A DNA stretch of 64,000 nucleotides from Terriglobia bacterium (lineage in GTDB: Bacteria > Acidobacteriota > Terriglobia > JAJPHL01 > JAPKYU01): the NCBI GenBank assembly GCA_965206645.1, contig CBDBKE010000003.1, positions 416,001 through 480,000 of the forward strand. The letters are read 5' to 3'. Every line of letters starts with the position of its first letter. Within the stretch, counting starts at the first letter, position 1. A program made the position numbers and the translations under genes. Positions 16,448 to 28,083 of this stretch are shown piece by piece. The notes beneath the pieces are model-generated. The model saw only the letters and a program-made list of their open reading frames with translations. It was not told where the DNA came from and did no database searches.

Positions 16448-19400
16448 AAGCCGGGGGCCAACTGGTCTTTCTTTTGTCGAAGGACGGCGGCAATTTGATC
16501 CTTGACGAATAGCTGCTTCAATTCGGCGCTTCTTCCGGCTCTGCTTGCAAAACTTCTTGTCCGCAACATTCTCATGTCTCGCCCTTTCGCCATCCGTGCC
16601 CTTGTTGCCTGGTCTCCAGCCCAGCGTTTCACCCACACATCGGTCTGAGCCTCTTGGATCGCCTTCAGGTGGCCGATCAACTCATCGTACAGCGCTTCGA
16701 GTTCCGCGATCTGCTCGGCAACCTCTTGGCGCACCCGTTCCGGATCGCGTTGGGGCGCCGCTTGAGTCTGAGACGATCTATGCACCGCTGGGCGGCCCAC
16801 GCCCCAGCGATAGTTGAGCCGCACGTAGATGTTAGTGCCGTTGAACCCGAAGGGCGAGAACTGGCCGTAGTAATTGCCGACCGTCCGGATGCCAAACTCG
16901 TTCACGTCGGGGTAAGTATTCAGCAAGTTCTCCCCGCCGATGGCCAGAGCAACGTTTTTCCCGAGCGGGATCCCGAGCTCGACATCGAGCAGCGCCTTGC
17001 CGCCATAGGACGGGTACAGCCACGACTCGGACACGACACCCAAGTCAGCCGCGTTCCGCCCGTCCTCGCTGTCCCAGAACTGACCGAAGTAGTTCAAGCG
17101 GCCCATGAGATTCCATCGGCCGGCGTCGTGATTGACGTTGAAGCTCCACCGCGTGTTCGGCAGCCCCCGTTCCAGCGTAGTGATGCGGAACTGGTCGATC
17201 ACGGAAGATTCGATGTTCTTGACCTCTGTATCCGTGTAGTTGTAGATCGCACTGAACGTCGTGCGCCCCTTCACCAGCGTCGAGATCAGGTCGACGCCCT
17301 GGGTCGTCGTCGAAAAGTCGTTCAAGAAGAACCGGAACACGGGGAAATTCCGTGCTTCTGGAATCCCCTCCGCCAGCAACGTCTCGATCTCGTCATCCGA
17401 CAATTTGATTTCCTGGGCCAGGGCGACGCGGTCGTCGATGTCGACCCGGAAATAGTCCGCGGTGAAGGTGAACGGGCCCTTCTCGAGGACGACGCCCGCG
17501 CTGTAGTTGCGCGATGTCTCCGGTTGGAGCTGGCCTCCGCCCCGCGCCATGGCCACGGCTGAGGTAGCCGGAACCACACCTTGGTTGGTCAGTTGCCCGC
17601 CGATAAAGGCGGTCGTCACGTTGAACGCGTTCTGTTGCCCCGGCGTCGGCGCCCGAAACCCGGTGCTGACGGCGCCGCGCAGCGCGGCCATGCCGGTCAG
17701 CTTGAGGCGCCCGGAGACCTTGTAGTTGACCGTCTTGCCGAAGTCGTCGAAGTTCTCGAACCGGACGGCCGTGCCGAGCGTCCACCGGCCCGGGTCGCTG
17801 AACTCAACGTCGCCATAGACGGCGATGTTGCTACGGCTCCAGGTTCCCGCCGTCGTGTCGGCCCGGTAGCCGTTGAAGCCGTTCGAACCGGAACTGAAGC
17901 CCTGCGCGGCATACGGACCGATCTCCCACGACGGCTGATCGCCGGCGCCAATCGTGAACTCCTCCCTCCTCCACTCCGCGCCGGCGGCCAAGTGCACGAG
18001 ATCGTTGAGGGGGTAGGAAACGTCGAAGTTGAGATTGGTTTCCTTCTGCCGATAGACGCCGGGCCGGAACGACGTCGGCGTGTCGAAACCGAGCGACGCA
18101 TTGACCGTATCGAAAATGAACTGATCGATCTCGCTGGTGCCGATGCTGGCGCTCGCGTCCCAGGTGAAGCCGTTGCTGGCGAACCCGCGCAGACCGCCGA
18201 CCAGCGAGTAGTCGATCAGATCCCCGCCGAACTGCGGAGTGAATCCTCCAGGAAACCGGTTGTGGAGAGTGAAGCAGTTCGGGTCGGCCTCGACTGCGGA
18301 GAGAGCGCCTGCGTCGGGGACGTTGTCGACGATCGGGATGATGGGGCAGCCGCCGGCGCCCGGCTCGCGTCCGGGAGGAGGAACCTTGCTGGTGGGCGCG
18401 GTATCGGCCCAGACCCGGTCGCCGACGAGCAGCGTACGGTTTCCGTCGACCACGGGACCGCGAAAAACCCCGCCCCGCGTGTGTGGATTCCGGAAGTAAA
18501 AGCCCCCGGTCACCTTGCGGGACGCGTAGTTGCCGTGACCGTAGAGTTGATAACGATCGTCGAACAGATGGCCGAAGTTTGCGAACAGCTTGAAGTCGTG
18601 GTTGATTCTCGGCGATCCCCAAACCTGCGCCGTGTCGCGCAGATTCGTATTGCCCGCGTTGATGATGTCCGACGCGTCCTGGCGCTGGATGGCGCGGTTG
18701 GTCGGCTCGGCGGTGCCGTACTCCATGCTGATGTTGCCGAAACCGTTCGCTCCCAGCGGCACCCCGACGTTGCCGGCTACAGAAAACGTCCGGCCGCGTC
18801 CGCCGATTCCGTTACACGAGTGCTTGATGTCACCGATGATGCCCGACCCGCACGTCTCCGGGTTCCCCGAATTGGCATCGAAGAAGCCCCCGGTTTGGAC
18901 TTCCAGGCTGCCTCCCGAGGGATCGTTCTTCAGTTGAAAGTTCATGACTCCGGCGATGGCGTCCGAGCCGTATTGCGCCGCCGCGCCGTCGCGCAGCACC
19001 TCAACCTGCCGAATGGCAATCGATGGAATGATGGAGAGGTCCGGTCCCTGCGAGCCGTCGGCGATGCCATTTCCCAGCCAAGTGATGACCGCCGAGCGGT
19101 GGCGGCGCTTTCCGTTGACTAGGACCAGCGTGTGGTCGGGCGCTAGGTTGCGCAAGTTAGCCGGACGGACGACGGTCCCCGCATCGCTGATCGGCTGAGT
19201 GCTGATGTTGAAGGAGGGGATGACAGTCCGCAACTGGGATACCAAATCCCTGCTACCCTGTCTAGCGAGGTCCTCGGCACGGATGACGTCCACGGGCACG
19301 GTGGACGCGGTCACCGACCGTGGCTCGGCGCGGCTACCGACGACCACGACGGACTGGGCGACGGCGGCCAATTCGAGCGTAAAGTTTCGCAGGACCGATT

Positions 19401-19695
19401 GGCCGGCAATCAGTTCGACGTCATCGGCGATGCCAGTCTCGAAGCCGGGATTCTCAGCCGTAATCGTGTAGACCCCGGGCTCTAGAGTCAATTCGTATGC
19501 GCCGTCGGCATCCGTCGAACCGGTCACCTCGGCTCCGGTGGCGTTGTTGGTCGCCGTTATTTCCGCGCCTGTGATGACTGAGCCGGAATCATCGGTTACC
19601 TCTCCGCGCAAGGTAGCCGTTTGCTGAGCGTACGCGACTCCGGAAACCCCAACCAGGAGCAACATGATTATGACAACAAGACTTCTTTGGAACAT
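16333..19695 (-). CDS. TonB-dependent receptor with N-terminal carboxypeptidase-regulatory-like domain and an anomalous C-terminal extension
   Basis: Signal peptide, [46 protein letters not shown] and [10 protein letters not shown]. The barrel ends at YVRLNYRW (16804). Confidence 0.92.
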   Translation of the reverse strand: MFQRSLVVIIMLLLVGVSGVAYAQQTATLRGEVTDDSGSVITGAEITATNNATGAEVTGSTDADGAYELTLEPGVYTITAENPGFETGIADDVELIAGQSVLRNFTLELAAVAQSVVVVGSRAEPRSVTASTVPVDVIRAEDLARQGSRDLVSQLRTVIPSFNISTQPISDAGTVVRPANLRNLAPDHTLVLVNGKRRHRSAVITWLGNGIADGSQGPDLSIIPSIAIRQVEVLRDGAAAQYGSDAIAGVMNFQLKNDPSGGSLEVQTGGFFDANSGNPETCGSGIIGDIKHSCNGIGGRGRTFSVAGNVGVPLGANGFGNISMEYGTAEPTNRAIQRQDASDIINAGNTNLRDTAQVWGSPRINHDFKLFANFGHLFDDRYQLYGHGNYASRKVTGGFYFRNPHTRGGVFRGPVVDGNRTLLVGDRVWADTAPTSKVPPPGREPGAGGCPIIPIVDNVPDAGALSAVEADPNCFTLHNRFPGGFTPQFGGDLIDYSLVGGLRGFASNGFTWDASASIGTSEIDQFIFDTVNASLGFDTPTSFRPGVYRQKETNLNFDVSYPLNDLVHLAAGAEWRREEFTIGAGDQPSWEIGPYAAQGFSSGSNGFNGYRADTTAGTWSRSNIAVYGDVEFSDPGRWTLGTAVRFENFDDFGKTVNYKVSGRLKLTGMAALRGAVSTGFRAPTPGQQNAFNVTTAFIGGQLTNQGVVPATSAVAMARGGGQLQPETSRNYSAGVVLEKGPFTFTADYFRVDIDDRVALAQEIKLSDDEIETLLAEGIPEARNFPVFRFFLNDFSTTTQGVDLISTLVKGRTTFSAIYNYTDTEVKNIESSVIDQFRITTLERGLPNTRWSFNVNHDAGRWNLMGRLNYFGQFWDSEDGRNAADLGVVSESWLYPSYGGKALLDVELGIPLGKNVALAIGGENLLNTYPDVNEFGIRTVGNYYGQFSPFGFNGTNIYVRLNYRWGVGRPAVHRSSQTQAAPQRDPERVRQEVAEQIAELEALYDELIGHLKAIQEAQTDVWVKRWAGDQATRARMAKGRDMRMLRTRSFASRAGRSAELKQLFVKDQIAAVLRQKKDQLAPGFGNPAVDAWLRSLTTQLGALPAGRVEASSRGSLRSSGL

Positions 19696-19840
19696 GGTCA
19701 ACTCCCAAACATAGAGATAATGAACAGCTCACGTATTGCAATACATAAGTATTGTACTCATCCAGTAGGTGTACTCGTCCAGTGGATTAGTGACACTTTG
19801 GCTCCTTGGAAAGGGATTGGTTTTGGGTGAGGAACTCAAG

Positions 19841-20562
19841 CCAGGATTTCCATTTTGTCCCTAACACGGCGACAATTATACACCCGCGCTGCCCCGAATA
19901 CCACCTCTCTTCGCGCTGAACCCTGCACATCACCTCCGCCGGTAGGCGCCAGGGCTCGTCCGTCCGCTCACAGACGTTGCTTGAGCGGGCTGAACGGTGC
20001 TCCGGCCGACAATGCTCCCTGCGAAACCTTTTTGGAGCCAAAAACTGTTGATCCTCACCCGGTCAACGCTACCCACCCGGCACAGGCAGCGCCCAGATCC
20101 GTCGCAGCATGTCGCCGAACAGCCGCCGGTTCAGATACCCCTCGGCCAGCAGCAGCCAGTAATACCGCGCGTGCTTGACCAGCCGACCGCCGGTCTTCAT
20201 CAACCTGTGTTGCAAGCTCGTCAGCGACCAACTCTTGATCCTGTTCGGCAGTCCGAGCCGTCGCCACAAGTTGCCCAGGTTGCAGGCGATGATCGTCAGC
20301 CAAAGCCGTACCTCGTTAGATCGGAACTTGTGGCAACTGAGCCGCGTCATCTTCACCGCCTGCTTGCCTTCCTTGATCCACTGTTCTGCGGTGCCGCGCT
20401 TGTTATAGAACCGCACCACCGCCCGATTCGGCAGCGTCAGATTCGTTACAATGAACCCCACTCGCGGGAACAACTCCCCGGAATGATGCTCTACTTTCGC
20501 CACCACCCTTCGAGCCGTCTTCCAACCGGCTGCCTGGTACAAGAACCCCTTGTGCTCGACCA
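19841..20562 (-). mobile_element. 3' remnant of a second, divergent IS1380 element cut by IS3 copy 3
   Basis: YNKRGTAEQWIKEGKQAVK motif. IRR CCAGGATTTCCATTTT at 19841. The 5' part is replaced by the IS3 IRL. Confidence 0.88.
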
Positions 20563-21724
20563 TGACCTGACCTGCACTTTTTGTACCAAGTGGAAAGAGA
20601 GAGAATCCACTTGAGGAGGAAGTGAGGTCATGCCGACAAGGAGTTACAAGCCGGAGCAGATTGTAGCGGTGCTACGGCAGATAGAAGTGCAGATGGGGAA
20701 CGGGAAGACTGCGCCCCAAGCCTGCAAAGAAGCTGGAATCCACACCCAAACCTACTACCGGTGGCGGAAGGAATACGGCGGGCTGAAGGTGGTGCAGGCA
20801 AAACGGCTAAAGGAGTTGGAGAAGGAAAACACGCGGCTGAAGCGGTTGGTAGCGGAGCTTTCTCTGGAGAAGCAGGTGCTGCGGGATGTGGCACAGGGAA
20901 ACTTCTGAGCCCTGAGCGGCGGCGTTGTGCGGTGGAGCGTGCGTGGGAGCAACACGGGTTGTCGGAACGGCATGCCTGCCGGCTGCTGGGGCAATGGCGA
21001 GGGACACAACGATACGAGCCGATTCATCGGGTGGACGAGGATGCTCTGACCCGAGCGATCATTGCCCTGGGAGCGAACTACGGGCGATATGGCTACCGGA
21101 GGATCACAGCGTTGCTGCGGAGTGCGGGCTGGGAAGTGGGCAAGGACCGGGTGCAGCGGATTTGGCGGCGGGAAGGGCTGAAAGTGCCGCAAAAACAAAG
21201 GCCGCGAGGACGGCTGTGGCTGAACGACGGTTCCTGTGTACGACTGAGGCCGGAGCGACCGAACCACGTGTGGAGCTACGACTTCATGAGTGCCAGAACG
21301 CACGAGGGGAGAACGCTGCGGCTGCTGACCTTGCTGGATGAGTACACGCGGGAATGCCTGGCGATCCGGGTGGAGCGGAGGATGGGCAGCCAACAAATCA
21401 TTGAGGCGTTGTCGGACGTGATGTTGTGGCGAGGGATACCGGAACAGATTCGATCCGACAATGGTCCCGAGTTCATCGCCAAACAACTGCGCCAGTGGTT
21501 GGCAAATCTAGGGACCGGGACACTGTACATCGAACCGGGCAGTCCCTGGGAGAACGGGTACTGCGAGAGTTTCAATGGGAAGCTGCGGGACGAATGCCTG
21601 AATGGAGAGATCTTCTACTCGTTGAAGGAGGCACAGGTGGTGATTGAACAGTGGAGGGTGCAATACAACACGGTGCGGCCGCACTCGGCGCTCGGCTATA
21701 GGCCCCCGGCGCCGGGGGCCTATA

Positions 21725-23118
21725 GAGTCTGTGTGAAAACCGCTCTTGCGAGTCACGTATAATGCGCCTTAAGGGGGCGCGATGAAATTCTTGACCTACA
21801 ACCCGGAGCAAGCGTATCTGCTACCGCCCAGCGTGCGGGAGGTGCTGGGAGAAGATCACATCTGTTTTTTTGTGCACCAAGTCGTGGAGCGGCTGGAACT
21901 GAGTGCGTTTGAGCAGGGCTACGTGGAAGAAGGCCGCCCGGCCTATCATCCGGCGCTGTTGCTGAAGGTGTGGCTGTATGCCTACGCGCTGGGCGTGACC
22001 TCGGCCCGCCGTCTGGAACAGCGGGTGCGGGAGGACCTGGCGTTCCGTTATCTGGCGGCCGGAGCGGGGCCGGACTTTTGGACGCTGAACCAGTTTCGGA
22101 CGCGGCACGCCCGTGCCCTGAACGATCTGTTCACACAGGTGGTGGAGTTGGCGCGGTCGCTGGGGATGGGGCGGCTGGGACACGTGGCCATGGACTCGAC
22201 GCGGGTGGCGGCCAACGCCTCGCAGGACCGGGTGGAGACGGTGGCCAAGTTGAGGGCAGAGCGAGCCAAAATTCGGCGGCAGATTCGTCGCTGGCAGAAA
22301 CAATGTGACACGCAGTCCTGCGAGGAAGCGGCTGGCCAGCAACTGAGCGGCAAGCAGATGGCAGCGCTGGAGAAGCGGCTGGAAGAAATCCCGCGATGCC
22401 TGGAGCGGTTGCGCAAAAGCGGGCTGAAGCGGCGTTCGGAAACCGATCCCGACAGCCGGTTTTTGCGCGACCGCAAGGGATTCACGCTGGGTTACACGGC
22501 GGAGGTGGCGGTCAGCGAAGATCATCTGATTGTCGAGCAGCACGTGGGGCAAAACGCCACCGACAACGCGACGCTGGTCCCTCTGGTGGAGGCGGTCGAG
22601 CGGCGCTGCCGGGAACGCCCGCAGAAGGTCAGCGCCGACAGCGGCTTCTTTTGCTTGGAGACCATCGTGGAACTGGCCCAGCGTGGCCTGGACGTCTATG
22701 TGCCCGACTCGAACTTGGCGCGGGAACTGAACCGAGGCCAACGCGCGCCCGGAGCACCTGCTGTACGGCATCCGGAACATCGGCGAATGCGACGCAAGCT
22801 GCGCGACCCGGCCGGCCGGGCGGTTTATCAGCGGCGCAAGGCGATCGTGGAACCAGTGATCGGGGTTTTGAAAGAACAGCGTGGAATGCGGCAGTTCCGG
22901 CGGCGGGGCCTGGAGAAGGTCGCGGTGGAGTTCGCGCTGGCCGCAACGGCCTTCAACCTCACCCGCCTGTGGCGCAACAAACCGAAGCTAAATCAGGAAG
23001 GCTAGTTCAGCAGACTCCCGGACCGGCGACTCGGCGAAGATCGAAACACCAGAATTCTGGAGCGAATCATGATCCCTTTTGATTTCCAGCCAGCTAAACC
23101 GAGTTTCCACACAGGCTC
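21725..23118 (+). mobile_element. IS1182-family element copy B (1394 bp)
   Basis: Same IRs as copy A and TSD TATA (21721-24, 23119-22). Opposite orientation relative to its host IS3. Confidence 0.93.
21782..23005 (+). CDS. IS1182-family transposase
   Basis: 407 aa, identical to the copy A protein. Confidence 0.92.
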   Translation: MKFLTYNPEQAYLLPPSVREVLGEDHICFFVHQVVERLELSAFEQGYVEEGRPAYHPALLLKVWLYAYALGVTSARRLEQRVREDLAFRYLAAGAGPDFWTLNQFRTRHARALNDLFTQVVELARSLGMGRLGHVAMDSTRVAANASQDRVETVAKLRAERAKIRRQIRRWQKQCDTQSCEEAAGQQLSGKQMAALEKRLEEIPRCLERLRKSGLKRRSETDPDSRFLRDRKGFTLGYTAEVAVSEDHLIVEQHVGQNATDNATLVPLVEAVERRCRERPQKVSADSGFFCLETIVELAQRGLDVYVPDSNLARELNRGQRAPGAPAVRHPEHRRMRRKLRDPAGRAVYQRRKAIVEPVIGVLKEQRGMRQFRRRGLEKVAVEFALAATAFNLTRLWRNKPKLNQEG

Positions 23119-23210
23119 TATAGCCCTCCCCTGCCACTGAAACCAGTTTCACAGCCCCAGGCTGCGATGTGAACTCTCACTACGGTTGGTACAAAAAATC
23201 GGTCTGGTCA

Positions 23211-23408
23211 GGACGACCTCAGAAACCAAAGCACTTGAAGCGCGGCACGATCTTCCCTGTGAAGTGCACACGGGCCGAGTTGCGCCGATTCAAGGCGTTG
23301 GCTTCCTCGGTGCGGGTTCCACTTGCAGAACTGATGCGGGAAGGAGCACGGTTCTACGCTCGGCGGCTAAAGAAGAGAAAAGGCGAGTCGAGAAAGGAGG
23401 AACGATGA
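23211..23408 (+). pseudogene. Small ribbon-helix-helix-like DNA-binding protein, 5' end removed by IS3
   Basis: GRPQKPKHLKRGTIFPVKCTRAELRRFKALASSVRVPLAELMREGA. ATGA overlap with the integrase. Confidence 0.55.
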
Positions 23409-24595
23409 AGACTCGCCGTAGTTTCCAAAATGGCTATGTGACAGATCGTAGGGGTAAGTGGATTATTCGCTGGAGGGAGCGCGTAGTGAAGGACGGGAAG
23501 CTGGCGTGGGCACACCGTCTCGAGACGCTCAGGTCTACCAGTTCGATGACCAAAGGCGAAGCCAGAAAAATCCTGCTAGAACGGCTGGACGAACTCAATC
23601 CGCTTGCCCATTTCCCGGCTCGGGAAACAACGCTGGAGCAACTGGTGAGACGTTGGGAGCAGGAATCGTTGCCCAACAAATCACTGCCCACACAAGCAGG
23701 ATACCGGAAGCTGCTTAAGAAGCACATCCTTGCCGGGGATGGGTTGGCGCTGGTATGTTTGCGGCCACCTGATCTTTCTCCGGGGCTGGTTCAACGTTTT
23801 GTCAGCCGCAAGACTGAAGCGGGGCTTTCGCCACAGACGGTGCGTAACATTTATCACCTGCTGCGCTCGATCTTGCGCTTCGGCATACGTCTCAAGCTAC
23901 TCAGGGAAAACCCATCAAACGGTGTAGAACTGCCTAAGAAGGTGGGGCCTCGTCAAGAGCGGGCTGTGTACACACCGGAGCAAGTCAGCGCCATTTTGAC
24001 GGCGTTCGAGCAACAGGACGATTTACTGTCCCGAACTCTAATTCTGTGCGTCTACTTTACGGGTCTTCGCCGCTCAGAATTATGCGGTTTACGGTGGCAA
24101 GACGCAGACCTCCAAAGGAAGGAGATTCGACCGCAGCGGGCGGTATGGAACGGGCTGGAATGCGACCTGAAGAGCGCAGCCAGCTATTCTGCCTTACCTA
24201 TCCCTGAAATTCTCAGGGATGCCCTCCTCGAACTGCGGCTACGTAGCAGGTTTGCGAATCCCTGTGACCCGGTCTTCGTGGGGCCCGGTGGCAAGCCTAT
24301 GATCCTCGCGAATTGGGTGAGACGAAAGTTGCGTCCTGTTCTTCGACAACTGGCTTTGCCCATGGGTGCTCTTCACAGTTTCCGGCATCCCCGGAGCACT
24401 CGGCTGAATTTCCTTGGCGTTGACCCGCGTACGCTTCAGGCACTAAATCGCCATGCGGATGTGGGGGTGACGTTCAAGCATTACACGCACCTGGTTCCAG
24501 GGGTCCAACGGCAGGCTGTGGATCTCATGGAGGCGGAGTTTCTGGCAGCCCGCGGGAACTCGTGCTCCACTGGTGCTCAAGAGAGGTTGGTTTAG
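23405..24595 (+). CDS. Tyrosine recombinase / phage-type integrase
   Basis: RBS AAGGAGG, arm-binding N-terminus, and TGLRRSEL, LKS, LHSFRH, RHA, KHYTH catalytic motifs. Directly upstream of a tRNA. Confidence 0.92.
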   Translation: MKTRRSFQNGYVTDRRGKWIIRWRERVVKDGKLAWAHRLETLRSTSSMTKGEARKILLERLDELNPLAHFPARETTLEQLVRRWEQESLPNKSLPTQAGYRKLLKKHILAGDGLALVCLRPPDLSPGLVQRFVSRKTEAGLSPQTVRNIYHLLRSILRFGIRLKLLRENPSNGVELPKKVGPRQERAVYTPEQVSAILTAFEQQDDLLSRTLILCVYFTGLRRSELCGLRWQDADLQRKEIRPQRAVWNGLECDLKSAASYSALPIPEILRDALLELRLRSRFANPCDPVFVGPGGKPMILANWVRRKLRPVLRQLALPMGALHSFRHPRSTRLNFLGVDPRTLQALNRHADVGVTFKHYTHLVPGVQRQAVDLMEAEFLAARGNSCSTGAQERLV

Positions 24596-24631
24596 GTTGC
24601 TCTCGGAGCTAAACTATTGATACCAAAGCAT

Positions 24632-24708
24632 GCCCCTGTAGCTCAGATGGACAGAGCAGCGGTTTCCTAAACCGTTGGTCGGGAGTTCGAGTCTCCCCAG
24701 GGGCGCCA
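24632..24708 (+). tRNA. tRNA-Arg(CCT)
   Basis: Acceptor GCCCCTG/CAGGGGC, anticodon arm GCGGT-TTCCTAA-ACCGT, T arm GGGAG-TTCGAGT-CTCCC and encoded CCA. Confidence 0.95.
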
Positions 24709-24843
24709 CATCTTTCAATCGGTCGGTTCCGGGGCTCCCAAAGACATTCAACTAGCGGCTAGGGCAAGATGAGACTAGCCAGGTCACCGCGTTGACTTGC
24801 CTGTGGGTGGGGCGTAGCATGGCCGGCTGGGGGCGTCCTTACC

Positions 24844-27800
24844 ATGATCGGTCAGACACTGGGCCACTACCACATCCTGGAGAAGCTCGGTGGGGGCGGG
24901 ATGGGTGTCGTCTACAAGGCCGAGGACACGAGGCTGGGACGCCACGTCGCCCTGAAGTTCCTGCCCGAGGAGCTCTCCAAGGATCGCCCGGCGCTTGACC
25001 GCTTCCACCGCGAGGCCCGCGCCGCCTCGGCTCTGAATCATCCCAACATCTGCACCATTCATGACATTGACGAATACAAAGGCCAGCAATTCATGGTCAT
25101 GGAGCTTCTGGAGGGCCAGACGCTGAAGCACCACATTGGCGGCAAGCCGCTGCAGGCCGAGCAGGTGCTGGAGCTCGGGGTTCAGATCGCCGATGCGCTC
25201 GAGGCAGCCCACGCCAAGGGGATCGTGCATCGCGACATCAAGCCGGCCAATATCTTTGTGACTCCGCGGGGCCAGGTTAAGGTGCTGGACTTCGGCCTGG
25301 CCAAGCTGGCGCCCCAAAGCCAGCGGGTGGGTGAAGCAATGGGAGCCTCGGCTTCCGACACCTGCCTCACACTCGACGAGGCTCTGACCAGCCCGGGCAC
25401 ATTTCTCGGCACAGTAGCCTACACCTCCCCGGAGCAAGTGCGTGGCGAAGAAGTCGATGCACGCTCGGACCTGTTTTCCTTCGGCTTGGTGCTCTATGAA
25501 ATGGCCACGGGCCAGCTGGCGTTCACAGGCAACACCTCTGGAGTCATCCTGGAAGCGATTCTCAACAAAGCGCCGGCATCCCCCCTGCACTTAAACTCTA
25601 AACTGCCACCCAAACTGGAAGAGGTCATCAACAAGGCGCTGGAGAAAGACCCTAAGTTCCGTTCTCAGACAGCTTCGGAATTGCGCGCTGACTTGCAGCG
25701 TCTGAAACGCGACACGGACTCGGGGCTGGCAGCGGCTCTGCTGGCCTCCGACACACGCCCGCCTGCGGGGGCTCGTCGTGGGCGCAAGGCCAGGCCAGGG
25801 CGCATTAAGGCGCTGGCGGTACTGCCGCTCGAGAACCTCTCTGGCGACCCCGAACAGGAATACTTCGCCGATGGGATGACCGAGGCGCTGATTACTGACC
25901 TTGCCCAGATCCGAGCGCTGAGGGTGATTTCGCGCACTTCGACGATGCAGTACAAGGGGGCAAAGAAAGCGCTGCTCGAGGTTGCGCGAGAATTGAACGT
26001 GGACGCTGTGGTGGAAGGGTCGGTGCTGCGTTCGGGGGATCGGGTGCGGATCACAGCGGACTTGATCCACGCGGCCACAGATCAGCACCTGTGGGCCAAG
26101 AGCTACGAGCGCGACCTGCGCGACATCCTGTCGCCTTGCAGAGCGAGGTGGCGCGGTCCATTGTTGATGAGATTAAGATCAAACTGACATCACGGGAACG
26201 GACCCACCTAGCCCGTATACGCGCGGTTAACCCCGACGCCCATGAGGCCTATCTCAAGGGCCGCTACCACTGGAACAAGTTTACAGAGGAGGGTTTGAAA
26301 GAAAGCATTGAGTACTTCAAGCGGGCGACTGACATAGACCCAACCAACGCTCTTTCCTACGCCGGGTTGGCCAATAGCTATAGCAAACTTGCGTTGTTCT
26401 CTTACTTGGCTCCCTCGGATGCCTGTCCAAGAGGGAAAGCAGCCGCAACCAAAGCGCTGGAGCTAGATAACAAGCTGGCCGAAGCGCACACCGCATTTGG
26501 CTTGATCAAGTTCTTCTTCGAGTGGGATTGGGCCGGAGCCGAGCAGGAGTTCAAGCATGCCGTGGAACTCAACCCAAACAACGTCGATGCCCTTGTGCCG
26601 TACTCGGAATATTTGCTGTTGACAGGAAGATTTGACGAAGGCATCGCCGCGGGCAAGCGAGCACTCGAACTGGACCCACTCTCACCCCCAGCCAATTTGA
26701 ACCTGGGATGGGCCTACTTCGAGGCACGCCGCTTTGACGCCTCGATTGCTCAAATCAAGAAAACACTAGAGCTGAATCCGGAATTCGCCTATGCGCACAT
26801 GCAACTAGCGTGGAGCTATGCGAAGAAAGAGATGTATGCGGAAGCCATAGTTGAGTCCGACACAGCGCTAGCCCTCTTGGCTGAGGCTGACGATCAACTC
26901 TTGCTAGGTTCGCTCGGATGGGTCTATGGCCTCTCGGGCAGGCCAGGCCAGGCCCTGAAGCTGTTAGACCGATTGGGGAGGTTGTCGAAGCGGAAGTGGG
27001 TTGATCCCTGCTTGGTAGCCCACGTTCATGACGGCCTTGGGGTAAAAGATTACGTTTTCGAGTGTTTGAACAACGCCTATGAGGAACGCTCGGCGGCCCT
27101 GGTCTATTTGAAGGTGTGCCCAACCCTCGACGGTCTTCGCTCCGACCCCCGCTTTGAAGAGCTGTTGCGGCGCATGAAGTTCCAAGATCCGAGCCATGCA
27201 CTGGCTGGCGCCGGGCTGGCCGACTGCCACGCCTCGGTCTTGCAGCTTTGGGCAAGGATTTCACCACGAATACAACAGTCGAAGTGTCTTGAGGATGCCG
27301 CGCAGGAGCTGGCTACGGCGGTGCATACGCAGTTCCATGAATCGATCGTTCTTGCCCGTGTGTTCATAACTGTCCCCTTCTTCGGGTTGCCGTTGGGGAA
27401 CGAAGAGTTCGTTCGTAGCCTGGCTGGATCGGCTGGGGCCGCCACTGAGTTAAGGGCCACCACTCCTGTTCTCTCACTCGCAGGGACTCACGGCCAAGAA
27501 TCAGACTGGAACGACCGCCGCCGGTCCAAACGGCATATGGGAATACCGTTGATTTCATCGGCTTTCGTGGACGGTATTCCAATGATCTCCCGCCTGCTCA
27601 AGGATCTTGGAGTACCCTTGCAGTGGATCGACAGCCACGACGCAGCAATCATAAGAGCGACAGTGGGGCGTTCGTTTGGCTTGTTCTTCGTGGAGGAGGC
27701 TGCTGGGGCCAGCGATCACAAAGGCCGAAAGGTCATCCCAGAGCAGGACTTTGTGTCCACCTATAAGGTGAAAAGTGTCTTTGGTACTGGCGGTGCCTAT

Positions 27801-27944
27801 GCGGGTGGCCAGATCGTCGTCATGATTATATTCTGCCGCGACGTTTTATCACGCGCTGCGGTCGAACCTTTCTTAGTGCTGACGGACTTGTTCCAGCAGC
27901 AGACCAGATCCCTCGTGGAAACCTCAAGAATTTTCGCTGAGTGA
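24844..27944 (+). CDS. Ser/Thr kinase with TolB-like and TPR domains and a C-terminal GAF-like domain; one frameshift near 26130
   Basis: [45 protein letters not shown], then TPRs in ORF 26091..27944. The two ORFs join at RDIL / ALQSEVA. Confidence 0.88.
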
Positions 27945-28083
27945 TAAAAGCTCAAGCTTTGCAAGCCGGATCTGAGCTTGAGGCGACAGAGCGACCGGAG
28001 AGGATGTATCCTTTCTTCGGTCGCAGGCAAGAGCGGGCGCCTGACACCGCGCCGGAGCAAACAGCCGCCCCGTCGAATCTCGC

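Larger units (their letters stand above)
20563..23210 (+). mobile_element. IS3-family copy 3, interrupted by IS1182 (OrfA 20630..20908, OrfB to 21762)
   Basis: Near-identical to copy 1 and the same 2648-bp span. The flanks ACCA / GGAC do not match. Confidence 0.95.

Noticed and set aside
23006-23118. Guide or bridge RNA in the IS1182 3' non-coding end
   Set aside because: I found no complementarity to the target palindrome, and the element has IRs, a TSD and a DDE enzyme.
26120-26140. Programmed frameshift in the kinase
   Set aside because: No slippery heptamer; more likely an indel or sequencing error.
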